DNA of 64,000 bases from assembly GCA_964445485.1 (NCBI GenBank), contig CAYUPS010000003.1, forward strand, positions 1,528-65,527, in the 5' to 3' direction. Under the pieces are notes generated by a model. That model did no database searches, was not told the origin of the DNA, and saw only the letters and a program-made list of their open reading frames with translations. Positions 27,978-37,650 of the stretch are shown piece after piece. Numbering within the stretch: the stretch's first letter is position 1; each line of letters begins with the position of its first letter. Source of the DNA: an uncultured Methanosarcinales archaeon (lineage in GTDB: Archaea; Nanobdellota; Nanobdellia; Woesearchaeales; ARS49). A program made the translations under genes and the position numbers.

Positions 27978-28976
27978 ATGCCGGCAGAGTCTCGCACGCG
28001 TTCCGTGACCCTCTGCCTCATCTCTGCGTTTCTCATCCTCGGCCTCACCGGTTGCACGTTCGGCGACATTCTCAATGTCATCATGTGGATGACGCCATCC
28101 CCTGTGTGCGGCGCGGCCTCCGGCGTCAACGAGGCCCATTGCTACAAGAAGATGGCTGAATCCAAGAACGACGCAGAAATATGCGAGAAAGTGAAGCGCA
28201 CCGAAGAGAAAGGCATCGCGCCGCACAATCAATGCTATTATGATATCGCCGCCAAGAACAACAATGTCAGCCTCTGCGAGAAGATCACAGAGGTCGAATT
28301 CTTCGCGGTCGATTCGGACGATTGCATCCACAAAGTCGTCAGCCAAACCAGGAGCACGAAGACCTGCGAGGCGTTGACCGACACGGTCAGCCAAGCGGCC
28401 TGCCTCGAATATCTCGCTTCCATCGGCGGACCGAAGGACGACAATGAGCCGGATTATTCCAAGGATCCAAAAGGCCTAGTGAGAGATAGCAGCGGCAATG
28501 CCATCTGCTTCGACAGCGACGGCGGCGACGCCGTATGGCTCAAGGGCTACACTGTCAAGAACGGTGCCCGCCAAGACGATACCTGCATGGATGCCGACAC
28601 GCTCATCGAGAGTTATTGCACCTGGGATGGTTTCCGACAGCAGATATCCTATGACTGCGAGCTCTGCGTGGATGGCCAATGCTACATCAACGGTATCACC
28701 CCCCAGAACGAAGTGACAAGCGATACCGCCCAGAAGTTCTGCACAGGTCCTGGCGGCACCACGCCCAACCGCCACACCAAATCATACACTGTCGCTCACG
28801 GCATCAGGCAATGGGATGTCTGCGTCAATGACAACACCCTGTACGAGAGCACCTGCATCGTGACCGGCGGCGGCAACGCGTACAATGACCACAAGTACAT
28901 CACGATGGACTGCAACCCCGGCGAGAAATGCGTCGATGGCGCCTGCACGCCCACCAATATGATCGTGAATGCCTGA
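27978..28976 (+). CDS. Cys-rich lipoprotein with helical Cys repeats and CxDSDGG-type repeats
   Basis: LGLTGC lipobox; repeated C-x-C helical units; CFDSDGG...DTC...TLIESYC followed by a second similar unit. Confidence 0.75.
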   Translation: MPAESRTRSVTLCLISAFLILGLTGCTFGDILNVIMWMTPSPVCGAASGVNEAHCYKKMAESKNDAEICEKVKRTEEKGIAPHNQCYYDIAAKNNNVSLCEKITEVEFFAVDSDDCIHKVVSQTRSTKTCEALTDTVSQAACLEYLASIGGPKDDNEPDYSKDPKGLVRDSSGNAICFDSDGGDAVWLKGYTVKNGARQDDTCMDADTLIESYCTWDGFRQQISYDCELCVDGQCYINGITPQNEVTSDTAQKFCTGPGGTTPNRHTKSYTVAHGIRQWDVCVNDNTLYESTCIVTGGGNAYNDHKYITMDCNPGEKCVDGACTPTNMIVNA

Positions 28977-29057
28977 TTCCTCCTTTTTGAAGGCCAGCAC
29001 AAACTTTAAATAATGGTGCTACTCCCGAGCAGTCATAGGTTTGCTGGGTGATTAACC

Positions 29058-29321
29058 ATGGGTGACGAAGACAAAAAATTCTCGCGTTCCGTGATGGGAA
29101 AGACTGTCGTTTCAAAGTCGGGCAAGAAGTTCGGCGAAGTCGGCGACTTGGTGTTCGAGACCAAGAGCGGCGAGCTGATCCACCTCGTCCTCAAGAACTC
29201 AACGCCCTACACGGACAAGCTCGAACTCGAGAAGAGCAAGGACGGCCACCTGCTGATCCCCTTCTCGGCTGTCGAGGCGATGGGCGACTTCCTCGTCGTG
29301 AGCGAAGAAGACATCGTATGA
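29058..29321 (+). CDS. PRC-barrel domain protein
   Basis: GKTVVSKSGKKFGEVGDL...IPFSAVEAMGDFLVV; GGTGA SD. Confidence 0.88.
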   Translation: MGDEDKKFSRSVMGKTVVSKSGKKFGEVGDLVFETKSGELIHLVLKNSTPYTDKLELEKSKDGHLLIPFSAVEAMGDFLVVSEEDIV

Positions 29322-29665
29322 GCACGCAACCGGTTAATTTTGTTGTTGATGTCGTCCACGGCTCTGATACTGACAAGGTCCGCAAGGATCTCGAGAGCCT
29401 GGCGAACGATTTCACCTTCGTCTCAAAGCTCGATCTGAAGAACGTCCGCATGACCCTCTTGCAGTACACGACTTCGCAAGCGTCCTACGAATCAGTCTTC
29501 AACACCACGCTTAATTATACGACGCGTACCATCAATAGGAGCGGTCCTCAGGTCACGCCGAAGAAAGTCAGCGACTGGGAGGAATCACGGCCTGCCAGCG
29601 TCCCGTCTTCTCTCGCAGGGAGGGTCAACTCAATCACCCTCAATATACGCAGGTACGCCTGCTGA
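29318..29665 (+). CDS. Hypothetical protein (115 aa), possible subtilase/sedolisin prodomain-like
   Basis: ATGA overlap with the PRC-barrel gene; YESVFNTTL...PASVPSSLAGRVNSITL. Confidence 0.55.
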   Translation: MSTQPVNFVVDVVHGSDTDKVRKDLESLANDFTFVSKLDLKNVRMTLLQYTTSQASYESVFNTTLNYTTRTINRSGPQVTPKKVSDWEESRPASVPSSLAGRVNSITLNIRRYAC

Positions 29666-29707
29666 TACGCACAGATACTTTTTTATACGATTCGCGTCCT
29701 GCGCGTC

Positions 29708-30673
29708 ATGATGGACCAGCATTCTTTCATCTGGACTGAGAAGTTCCGCCCCAAATCCTTCGATGCCGTCCGCGGCCAGCAGGAGATCATCGAGAAGGTC
29801 AAGGCGTTCGTCAAGGAGAAGAACCTCCCGCACCTGTTGTTCGCAGGCCCTGCGGGCGTCGGAAAATCTACTTTGGCGCTCGTCGTCGCCAGGGAGCTCT
29901 TCGGCGATTCCTGGAAGCAGAACTTCCTCGAGCTCAACGCTTCGGACGACCGCGGCATCGACATGGTCCGCACGTCCGTCAAGGACTTCGCCCGCACGCG
30001 CGCCATCGGCGACATGCCGTTCAAGATCATCTTCCTCGACGAGTGCGACAGCATGACCAAGGAAGCGCAGCAGGCCCTCAGGCGAACGATGGAGACCTAC
30101 GCGAGCGCCACGCGGTTCATCCTCAGCTGCAACTACGTCTCGAAGATCATCGAGCCCATCCAGAGCCGGTGCGTCGTGTTCAAGTTCAAGCCGCTCGCCA
30201 AGGCAGACGTCATCACAGTCATCGACGGCATCGCCAAGGCCGAGCAGCTCACCATCGACGCTGCGGCAAAGGAGGCGCTCTACGAGGTCAGCGAAGGGGA
30301 CTGCAGGCAACTGCAGAACATCCTGCAGAGCTGCGCCGCCCTCGGCAAGACCATCACCGCCGACGCCGTGCATTCGATGGCGTCCGTCGCCAAGCCCAAG
30401 GACATCCAGAATGTCCTCCAGCACGCGCTCAAGGGAGATTTCCACAAAGCGCGGGACCTGCTTCTCAAGACGATGGCAGACTACGGCCTCTCCGGCACGG
30501 ACATCGTGCGCCAGATACAGAAGGAGATCTGGGCACTGCAGATCGACAACCGCGCCAAGGTCTCCCTGGTCGACAAGACCGGCGAGATCGAGTTCCGCAT
30601 GGTCGAGGGTTCGGACGCGTTCATCCAACTGGAAGCGCTCTTGGCTCAGTTCGTCGCGGCCGGCGCAAAATAA
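29708..30673 (+). CDS. rfcS: Replication factor C small subunit
   Basis: WTEKFRP, GPAGVGKS, ELNASDDRG, LDECD, IQSRC. Confidence 0.96.
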   Translation: MMDQHSFIWTEKFRPKSFDAVRGQQEIIEKVKAFVKEKNLPHLLFAGPAGVGKSTLALVVARELFGDSWKQNFLELNASDDRGIDMVRTSVKDFARTRAIGDMPFKIIFLDECDSMTKEAQQALRRTMETYASATRFILSCNYVSKIIEPIQSRCVVFKFKPLAKADVITVIDGIAKAEQLTIDAAAKEALYEVSEGDCRQLQNILQSCAALGKTITADAVHSMASVAKPKDIQNVLQHALKGDFHKARDLLLKTMADYGLSGTDIVRQIQKEIWALQIDNRAKVSLVDKTGEIEFRMVEGSDAFIQLEALLAQFVAAGAK

Positions 30674-30682
30674 GGACGTTCT

Positions 30683-31624
30683 CTACTCGCCGCTCGTGAG
30701 CACTTTCAACTGCGTCGTCTGCGAGTCGTAATAGTTGTAGCCGAGCGTGATGTCCACGCGCTGCTCATAATTGCCGCGGTCGGCGAGCTCCTGCGTGCAG
30801 GAGACCGTCTTGACGCCGTCGAAGAGAGTCACTTCGCCGCTGACGCCCGTGCCGCTGGCCTGTGTCAGGCCGGTGCACGAGAGCCCCGGGGTATTCGAAT
30901 CGACGGTGACAATGACGCGGTTCTTGAGGCGGTTGATGTCGCCTTCGCACAGCGAGCCTTTGGTCCATACTTCGCCGCTGCCGACGTGCTTGACGTCGAA
31001 GGTGAAGCGGACCTTGTCCCTGCTCTGCTTGAATTCGCGGAAGCTCTGGACGTGGACGGGCGCGCCGCTGTTATACGCTTCCTTGCCGCCCTCGATGTCG
31101 CAGATGCCCGCGGGCTCGGGGTTGAGCAGGTCGCTTCTCACGCAGAGCTTGCTCACGGCGTCCGTGCGGTAGCCGTAGCAGATGTCCGCGCGGAGCGGGT
31201 ACGTCAGCTGCGAGCCGACGATCTTGGACTGGTGATTGAGATTCCTGAATTCGACCGAGAGGCGCGTGCCCTGTATGGTGTTGCCCGCGTCGTCCTGGTC
31301 GCGCGGTTCGAGGTCTTCGTCAGGCGCGAGCATCAGATCCGCTGCGCTCTTGCCGAACTCCTCCGGCTTGATGCCCTGGAGCTGCACGCGGATGTCGCCC
31401 TTGCGCACCAGCGTCTCACCCCTGTTCTCGAGCCAGACCGGAACGTCGAATGAGTCCTCGCCGCCATCGCGCACCTCTGTGCGGAAATCCGGCGCGAACT
31501 CGAGCTCAAGGCCTTCTGTGCCGCCGATGAACGGCTGGAGCGTCACCTGCCTGCCTTCGCGGCCGCAGCCGGAGAGGAGCAAGAGCGCAAGAACGATACT
31601 GATGCATACGTAGGCCCCACGCAT
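30683..31624 (-). CDS. Surface lipoprotein of unknown function, paralogue 3
   Basis: LLSGC lipobox; GGTEGL, CYGYRTDAVSKLCV, GAPVHV, LGYNY. Confidence 0.85.
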   Translation of the reverse strand: MRGAYVCISIVLALLLLSGCGREGRQVTLQPFIGGTEGLELEFAPDFRTEVRDGGEDSFDVPVWLENRGETLVRKGDIRVQLQGIKPEEFGKSAADLMLAPDEDLEPRDQDDAGNTIQGTRLSVEFRNLNHQSKIVGSQLTYPLRADICYGYRTDAVSKLCVRSDLLNPEPAGICDIEGGKEAYNSGAPVHVQSFREFKQSRDKVRFTFDVKHVGSGEVWTKGSLCEGDINRLKNRVIVTVDSNTPGLSCTGLTQASGTGVSGEVTLFDGVKTVSCTQELADRGNYEQRVDITLGYNYYDSQTTQLKVLTSGE

Positions 31625-31669
31625 GAGGCTTCCGGTCGCTAGCCGACTATATAAGTTTTTCGCCGAGAA

Positions 31670-32599
31670 CTAGGGCGTCTTGACGACTTCGAATGTCTTG
31701 GAGATGATGCTGCGGTAGCCGTAGCGGAGCTTCACCGTGATCGGGGTCGTGTACGCGCTCGTGCCGCTCACGGCAGCCTCGCAGTACACCACGCCGCGGC
31801 CGCTGTCGAGGCGCACATGGCCGTTGTCCAGCGGCCTGCATGTGGCCTTGATGCTCTGCTCGCCCAGCAGCACGTCATCGAGGCGCACGTAGCCCTCCTC
31901 GTTGTACTCGAGGCCGAACTGTGCGTACGGGCTGCACTTCTGCAGGTACTCGCCGCCGAAACGGAAGGGCGTTCCGCCGCCGACGTTCTGGACGACGATG
32001 CGGAACGCTGCCTTCTGCGGGCGCGGCTCGACCTCGATACTCGTGACCGCGACGGGCGCGCCCTGCGTGCCGAGGCCGACGTTGGTCGGCGTGCACACCT
32101 TCGGGCGCAATGATGCGCTGAACGGATCGGGATCGACGCATACATTGCCCGTGGCCTGCGTGTCATAGCCGTAGCAGGCGCTGGCGAAGAGCGTGACGGG
32201 ATAGCGCTCGCCGGTGATGCGGCGGATCACTCCCTTGAAACCGACAGTGTCATACCCGCCGTCGAGGTTGAACTGCGTCTTGCCCTCGATGCCGGGGATC
32301 TGCACGCCCGTGCTGGGGATGCCTGTGATGATGCGGGGATCGAAGCCGTAGAGGTAGACGCGGTCCCCCGCGGTGCCGACAGCGCCGGCGCCCTTGTTGC
32401 GCACTTCCACGAGCCCATTGAAGTCCTCCGTGTCATAGAGGCGTGTGGGCGGGAGGCGGTCGACGAAATTGAGCTGGAGGCCCTCGGAGCCGGTGCGGTA
32501 CTCGACCACGAAGCCGGAATCCTTGACCGGCTGCCTCGCCTGGCAGCCCGCCAAGAGCAGGATGGCGACTATAGCTGCGACGAGAACCCGTCGGTCCAT
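31670..32599 (-). CDS. Surface lipoprotein of unknown function, paralogue 2
   Basis: LLAGC lipobox; TGSEGL, CYGYDTQATGNVCV, QGAPVAV, LRYGY. Confidence 0.85.
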   Translation of the reverse strand: MDRRVLVAAIVAILLLAGCQARQPVKDSGFVVEYRTGSEGLQLNFVDRLPPTRLYDTEDFNGLVEVRNKGAGAVGTAGDRVYLYGFDPRIITGIPSTGVQIPGIEGKTQFNLDGGYDTVGFKGVIRRITGERYPVTLFASACYGYDTQATGNVCVDPDPFSASLRPKVCTPTNVGLGTQGAPVAVTSIEVEPRPQKAAFRIVVQNVGGGTPFRFGGEYLQKCSPYAQFGLEYNEEGYVRLDDVLLGEQSIKATCRPLDNGHVRLDSGRGVVYCEAAVSGTSAYTTPITVKLRYGYRSIISKTFEVVKTP

Positions 32600-32641
32600 G
32601 GGCTATACGCGCGCCTTTCGGCTTTATATACTTTTCGAGAA

Positions 32642-33556
32642 CTAGCGGGAGACTATCTTCTGGATGCGGAACTCCTTGGACTGCGACTCCACATACCCGT
32701 AATTGAGATTGATGCGCACCGGGCTCGGATACGTCCCCAGAACCGCAGGGATGCCCTCTTCAAGCGTGCATACCACGCGCGCCTTTCCCTCGCGCAGCAC
32801 CGCCTTCTCCGTGCACTTCATCGGCGTCTCGGACAGGAATCCCTGCACGCGGACGGTATTGTACATCTCCCTGTCGATCGGGCGGCCCTCGCAGATGTCC
32901 AGCTCAGACCCATCAGCAACGACCGTGCCCGTTCCGAGGTTCTGGATGTCGAAAGAGACCTGGGGGACGAAGTAATCCTCGCGCATGTGCGGCAGCATGA
33001 CCGTCTCGATGCCGGTGACCCCTACCGGCGCGCCCTGCCCGCCGCTGAGCGATCGCTTCTCCGGCGCAGAGCACGGCTTGCCCTTCTGCAATCCCGCAGT
33101 GTCCGGATCGACGCAGACCGTCGCGCTCGCCTGCGTCTCGTACGGATAGCACAGCGTCAGGAGCAGGTTGACCGGCAGCGTCTCCATCTGCGCGCCGAGC
33201 GGCGCCGCGAGACCCTTGAGCCCGATACGCTGCTGCCCCCCGCGCGGGTTATAGACCGATCTGCCCTGGACGTCCAGGAAACCTCCCGGACTCTCTTGGA
33301 AGATGACATACTGCTCGGGCGCGGCGATGACATACCTGCCGCGCTTGACGTCAGCCGCGCCGCGGTTCTCGACATTCAAGAGCACAGTGAACAAGGAGCT
33401 TTCATACACCTGCGCAGGCGGCGTCTGGGGAAGAAACCCCGCGGCAAGACCCTGCGTGCCCGTCCGGACATCCGGCAGGTCGATCTGCTTGCTGCCCTGC
33501 TGCGCGCACCCCGCGAGCAGCAGGATCAGGAGAACAGAGCACCAGAGCGGTCTCAT
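32642..33556 (-). CDS. Surface lipoprotein of unknown function, paralogue 1
   Basis: LLAGC lipobox; TGTQGL, CYPYETQASATVCV, QGAPVGV, LNYGY. Confidence 0.85.
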   Translation of the reverse strand: MRPLWCSVLLILLLAGCAQQGSKQIDLPDVRTGTQGLAAGFLPQTPPAQVYESSLFTVLLNVENRGAADVKRGRYVIAAPEQYVIFQESPGGFLDVQGRSVYNPRGGQQRIGLKGLAAPLGAQMETLPVNLLLTLCYPYETQASATVCVDPDTAGLQKGKPCSAPEKRSLSGGQGAPVGVTGIETVMLPHMREDYFVPQVSFDIQNLGTGTVVADGSELDICEGRPIDREMYNTVRVQGFLSETPMKCTEKAVLREGKARVVCTLEEGIPAVLGTYPSPVRINLNYGYVESQSKEFRIQKIVSR

Positions 33557-35199
33557 GCCTCCGCCTCATTGACGACGACAGTGACCTGCTGGCCGATCTC
33601 GTACTCATACTCAAGATGCGCGTGCACGTAATGCTGCGCGAGCGGCTCGGATACCCTGCGTCCGTCCACATCGCGCTCCATCAGGCGCGAGGCATCCGTG
33701 ACGCTCAGGTGCACGCGCGGCCGCACGTCCGCGCGCGACACGTCCAGCCCGCGGAACGCGGCCAGGATGCCTGGCTGCGTGAACACATAGACCTCGAAGA
33801 CATCATCGCGGCACGAGACCCTATCCGCATCCTCCGGCAGCGAGGCGCACCCTGTGGGTTCGCCCGCGCCGATGCCGTTGACATCCTTGACCTTGACGCC
33901 TTTGGGCAGGAGCAGCGTGAACGCGCGCACATTGCGCACCTTGCCCAGCCACATGTTCTCGACAGTCATGCCGAGCGTGATGTCCTGCGTCTTGCTCGTG
34001 TCGATGCTGATCGGCTGCGTGCCGAGGCCCATGCCGATGCGCACCGGGCCCTGCGTCGTGACCGCCTGCGGCGTCGAGACGGGGCTGATATCCCTCGTCC
34101 CCGCCTGCTTCATGTAGCTGAGGAGGTATGATTTCGTGGCGAAATTGAACGTCGCCGTGACGTTCACGCGCTGCGAGCCCTTGGGCAGCGCGCCCTGGTC
34201 GAACACGCAGTCGAAATCGGTCTCGGCAGCGTTCTGCACGGTGATCGCGGACGCTCCCGGCGCGTCAGGAACAGAATCACCCGGCGTGACAGCGCCGAAG
34301 ACGGTCGCCTTCTTGTCGTCCGCCGTCGGAGCAGTGCCTTCGCAGCGCAGGATGATGTCGATCGGCAGGTCGAGCACGCGCGCCCGCAAATGGCCGCCGA
34401 CCGTGATCGGCCGGTCCGTGTAGGCCTTGCTCTCGGCGAGCTTGACGTTCTCCACCCACACGCCCAGCTGCTCCTTGGCCTTCTCATCGACCTTGCTCGT
34501 GTAATACTCTCCCGTCGACATCTTGATGAACTGGTCCGTCCCTTTCTCGATCTGCGTCGGCAGGCCCTGCAGGAAGAGGAACGCATCCACTGTGAAACCC
34601 CACAGCTGCTCGGAGAAGTATTTGATCGTCAGCCCGGGCTGGAAGCCGGGCACGTCGACCTGGATGCCGAGCACGGTCTCTTGGATCTGCGGCGTCTGCC
34701 ACAGCGCGACCGACAGCAGCAGGAACCAGATCAGGAAGTAAACGGAGCCGAGCGTGTAGGTGCCCGTGCCGGGCCGCGCGAGCTGGTACATGATGATGAT
34801 CGGCCACCAGGGCGCGAAGATGATCGCGATGTGCACTACATAATTGAGCGGCGTGCCGAACACGCCGCCCGCGGAGCAGATGTTGTTGCCGCCCCACACG
34901 CACACGAGATTCACGAACGGGATGAAGTACGCGACGAGCGAGTGCAGCGCGGCGGGACCCATGGACCGTCCGAACGAGCCCTGCCCGAACTTCGGATGGT
35001 CCTGCAGTGTCAGAGCGGCGAAGACGGCGAAGCCCATGTACACTAGCAGCATCGGATGGAAGAAACCGAACGATGAGCCGCTCAGGCGCAGGATGACATC
35101 CAGCGCGTGGACCGCGATCGCGAGGAGCAGCAGGAGGAACAGGTTGCCTGTCGTCTCGCCCACAGCCGCCCGGCTCGGGTATTGCTGAGAATATTCCAT
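33553..35199 (-). CDS. Polytopic membrane protein with an extracellular domain resembling the three lipoproteins
   Basis: About 5-6 N-terminal TM segments, then FNFATKSY, QGPVRIG, TVENMWLG, LEYEYE; 4-nt overlap with the next gene. Confidence 0.82.
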   Translation of the reverse strand: MEYSQQYPSRAAVGETTGNLFLLLLLAIAVHALDVILRLSGSSFGFFHPMLLVYMGFAVFAALTLQDHPKFGQGSFGRSMGPAALHSLVAYFIPFVNLVCVWGGNNICSAGGVFGTPLNYVVHIAIIFAPWWPIIIMYQLARPGTGTYTLGSVYFLIWFLLLSVALWQTPQIQETVLGIQVDVPGFQPGLTIKYFSEQLWGFTVDAFLFLQGLPTQIEKGTDQFIKMSTGEYYTSKVDEKAKEQLGVWVENVKLAESKAYTDRPITVGGHLRARVLDLPIDIILRCEGTAPTADDKKATVFGAVTPGDSVPDAPGASAITVQNAAETDFDCVFDQGALPKGSQRVNVTATFNFATKSYLLSYMKQAGTRDISPVSTPQAVTTQGPVRIGMGLGTQPISIDTSKTQDITLGMTVENMWLGKVRNVRAFTLLLPKGVKVKDVNGIGAGEPTGCASLPEDADRVSCRDDVFEVYVFTQPGILAAFRGLDVSRADVRPRVHLSVTDASRLMERDVDGRRVSEPLAQHYVHAHLEYEYEIGQQVTVVVNEAEA

Positions 35200-35200
35200 C

Positions 35201-36406
35201 TCATCGCTCTTGCGCGAGGACGGTCATTTTCACGATGTCCAGGTCGCTGCGCGGCAGCAGCCTGATGTAATTGTTGCCCTCGAGCACGTGAGGCGTGATG
35301 TCTCTTTCGTAGACCGTCTCGCGCTGGTCGATGGTGAAGAGCACGCCGTTGACCACAAGGTCAGCTTTCTTCTGCTCGCGCTTCTTGTCGAACTGCGCGT
35401 CCTCGACGAATCTGATCGTCAGGTTCGCCCAGCGAGAGGAACCATTGAGCGCGCGATGCACTGTGCTGTTGACGAAGAAGTATGTGATGAACGGCTCTGT
35501 CGGCTCGAGGATCGTCTTGAGACGCACTGCCTCGAGCTGCACGGCGCCCTTGTCGAGCGTAAACTCAAGCGTATTGCGGCCCTCGACGAAGTCGTTCTTG
35601 AAGAGGTCCTGGATCGTCTTGGTGTCGCAGTGCGGCGCGGAATCGTACACGCTGCGCCCGTTGAGCGAGATGGCCATCCTGCCGACGGTCGCGTCGTTGC
35701 AGAGCGCGAAGAACTCGAAGCGCGCCCGCTCGAACGCCGCGTACTCGTCGCTCGGCATGCCGAAGTCGAAGCGGGCCGCGGTGCGGGATGCGTCACGGAA
35801 GTCGCCGAGCACCTGCACGTCGCTGAGCGAGTAGCGCTTGCTCTCGAACATGCCGCCGCGCGCCTGGAACTCCAGCGTGTTCTCTTCGCGCAGGAGCGCG
35901 CGAGGCAGCTCGATGGGCGGGACGGAGGCGCTCCGCACCTTCTCATAGAAGACCTCCACGCCGTTGAAGAGGATGCGCAGATCGCCAGAGTACTTGGGCG
36001 CCTGGAACGTGAGGATTGCCCTGTCGACACTGCCGAGGTTGTCGATCAGGAACACATGCGTCTTGTCATTGCGCGAGAACCATCCGCGCGAGACGTCGAA
36101 GGGGCTGAAGCGAACGAGCGTGCGCGTCTCCATGCCCTCGAAGAGATTCAGGTTCGGGATTTCATGGGTGATGTTGGATTCGCGCGTGCTCTCGAGGTGG
36201 CCGATGCTCTCGTTCACGAGCCAGACCCTGCGGGCGACGCCGCCCGAGCCAGAACCGCCGCTGCCGCCCCCGCCGGATGAATAGGCGCCGTCGGTCCCGA
36301 GCAGGTCTTCCCGCTCCTCCGCGGGCAGGAAGATGATATAGGTCACGAAGAGGAGCAGGATGATAGCGATGACTGTCGCGGCATTGCCGCCTGTCTTGTC
36401 AGCCAT
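35201..36406 (-). CDS. Membrane-anchored protein with Gly/Ser linker and three beta-rich repeats
   Basis: ATG 36406 MADKTGG..., single TM, GGGGSGGSGSGG linker; repeats ...NG...E(G/E)xNxL. Confidence 0.82.
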   Translation of the reverse strand: MADKTGGNAATVIAIILLLFVTYIIFLPAEEREDLLGTDGAYSSGGGGSGGSGSGGVARRVWLVNESIGHLESTRESNITHEIPNLNLFEGMETRTLVRFSPFDVSRGWFSRNDKTHVFLIDNLGSVDRAILTFQAPKYSGDLRILFNGVEVFYEKVRSASVPPIELPRALLREENTLEFQARGGMFESKRYSLSDVQVLGDFRDASRTAARFDFGMPSDEYAAFERARFEFFALCNDATVGRMAISLNGRSVYDSAPHCDTKTIQDLFKNDFVEGRNTLEFTLDKGAVQLEAVRLKTILEPTEPFITYFFVNSTVHRALNGSSRWANLTIRFVEDAQFDKKREQKKADLVVNGVLFTIDQRETVYERDITPHVLEGNNYIRLLPRSDLDIVKMTVLAQER

Positions 36407-36467
36407 TTTGAGCGTCTCTATCGGGCGCCGGTTAATTATATAAATGTTTTGCCGCGTCTCCCTCGGA

Positions 36468-37517
36468 ATGCGCCTCACAGGGGACATATCGCGGCAGGGA
36501 GAAGCGTCCCTCACGATCGAGACCCTCGATGACCTCTGGTACCTCCATGAGCTCATCGAGCCTGGCGACACGGTCTCCGGCAAGACCCCCCGCAAGATGA
36601 AGGCCACAGAAGAGGCAGAAGGCATCAAGCGGTGGGTCTTCATGGCGGTGCGCGTCCAGCAGGCCCAGTTCAGCGAGAGCAGCAGCACGCTGCGCGTCCT
36701 CGGCACAGTGCTCGACGGCCCCGAAGACATCCCCCGCGGCACGCACCACACCATCGCAATCGAGCCCGGCATGCAGATCACGCTCGCAAAGCCGGAGTGG
36801 CTCGGCTTCCAGCGCGACAGACTCAAGGAAGCGTGCGCGCAAAAACCCCCTAAGATACTCATCTGCGTCTTCGACAGGGAAGAAGCCCGCTTCGCGCGCC
36901 TCACCGCAGGCGGCCACGAGCAGCTCGTCCACCTCAAAGGCGATGTGCAGCGCAAGCGCATGGAGACCAAGAGCTCCAAGGATTTCTTCGAGGAGATCGT
37001 CGCGCAGGTGCGCGTGTACGATGAGCGCTACCATTTCGAGCGCATCATTCTCGCCTCGCCCGCGTTCTGGAAGGACGAACTGCTCAAGCGGCTCACCGAT
37101 CCATCGCTGCGCAAGAAATCGCTGCTCGCCACGTGCAGCGGCGCCGACGCATCCGCGCTGGGCGAAGTGCTGCGCCGCGACGAGGTGCGCGCCGCGCTCG
37201 CCGCCGACCGCATCACGCGAGAGGTGCAGCTCGTCGACGAGCTGATGAAGCGCATCCGCACGGGCAGCAAAGCGGCCTACGGCATCGTGCAGGTCAAGGC
37301 CGCGGCGGCTGCCGGCGCGATCGAGACGCTCATGGTCAGCGACAAGACGATACATTCACGTCGAGCGAGCGGCACATTCGCCGAGATCGAGGCGCTCCTG
37401 CGCGATGCCGACCGCGCCGGCGGCAAAGTCGTCATCGTCTCCGCGTCGCACGAAGGCGGCCAGCGTCTCGACGGACTCGGCGGCATCGCGGCGCTGCTGC
37501 GGTTCGCGGTAGAGTAA
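36468..37517 (+). CDS. pelA: mRNA surveillance protein Pelota
   Basis: ETLDDLWYL, RVLGTV, GTHHTIAIEPG, AAYG, RLDGLGGIAALLRF. Confidence 0.95.
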   Translation: MRLTGDISRQGEASLTIETLDDLWYLHELIEPGDTVSGKTPRKMKATEEAEGIKRWVFMAVRVQQAQFSESSSTLRVLGTVLDGPEDIPRGTHHTIAIEPGMQITLAKPEWLGFQRDRLKEACAQKPPKILICVFDREEARFARLTAGGHEQLVHLKGDVQRKRMETKSSKDFFEEIVAQVRVYDERYHFERIILASPAFWKDELLKRLTDPSLRKKSLLATCSGADASALGEVLRRDEVRAALAADRITREVQLVDELMKRIRTGSKAAYGIVQVKAAAAAGAIETLMVSDKTIHSRRASGTFAEIEALLRDADRAGGKVVIVSASHEGGQRLDGLGGIAALLRFAVE

Positions 37518-37650
37518 TTCTCGCGCAGGAAACTCGTGTTTCCCTCGCCGGTGATAAATCGCAGTAACATTTTAATAGTAGTTGCGCTCCCGCAAAACCT
37601 AGACCCGAGACCCGTCCGACGGGGCTCGCGGAAAAAGAGGGAGGCGACCA

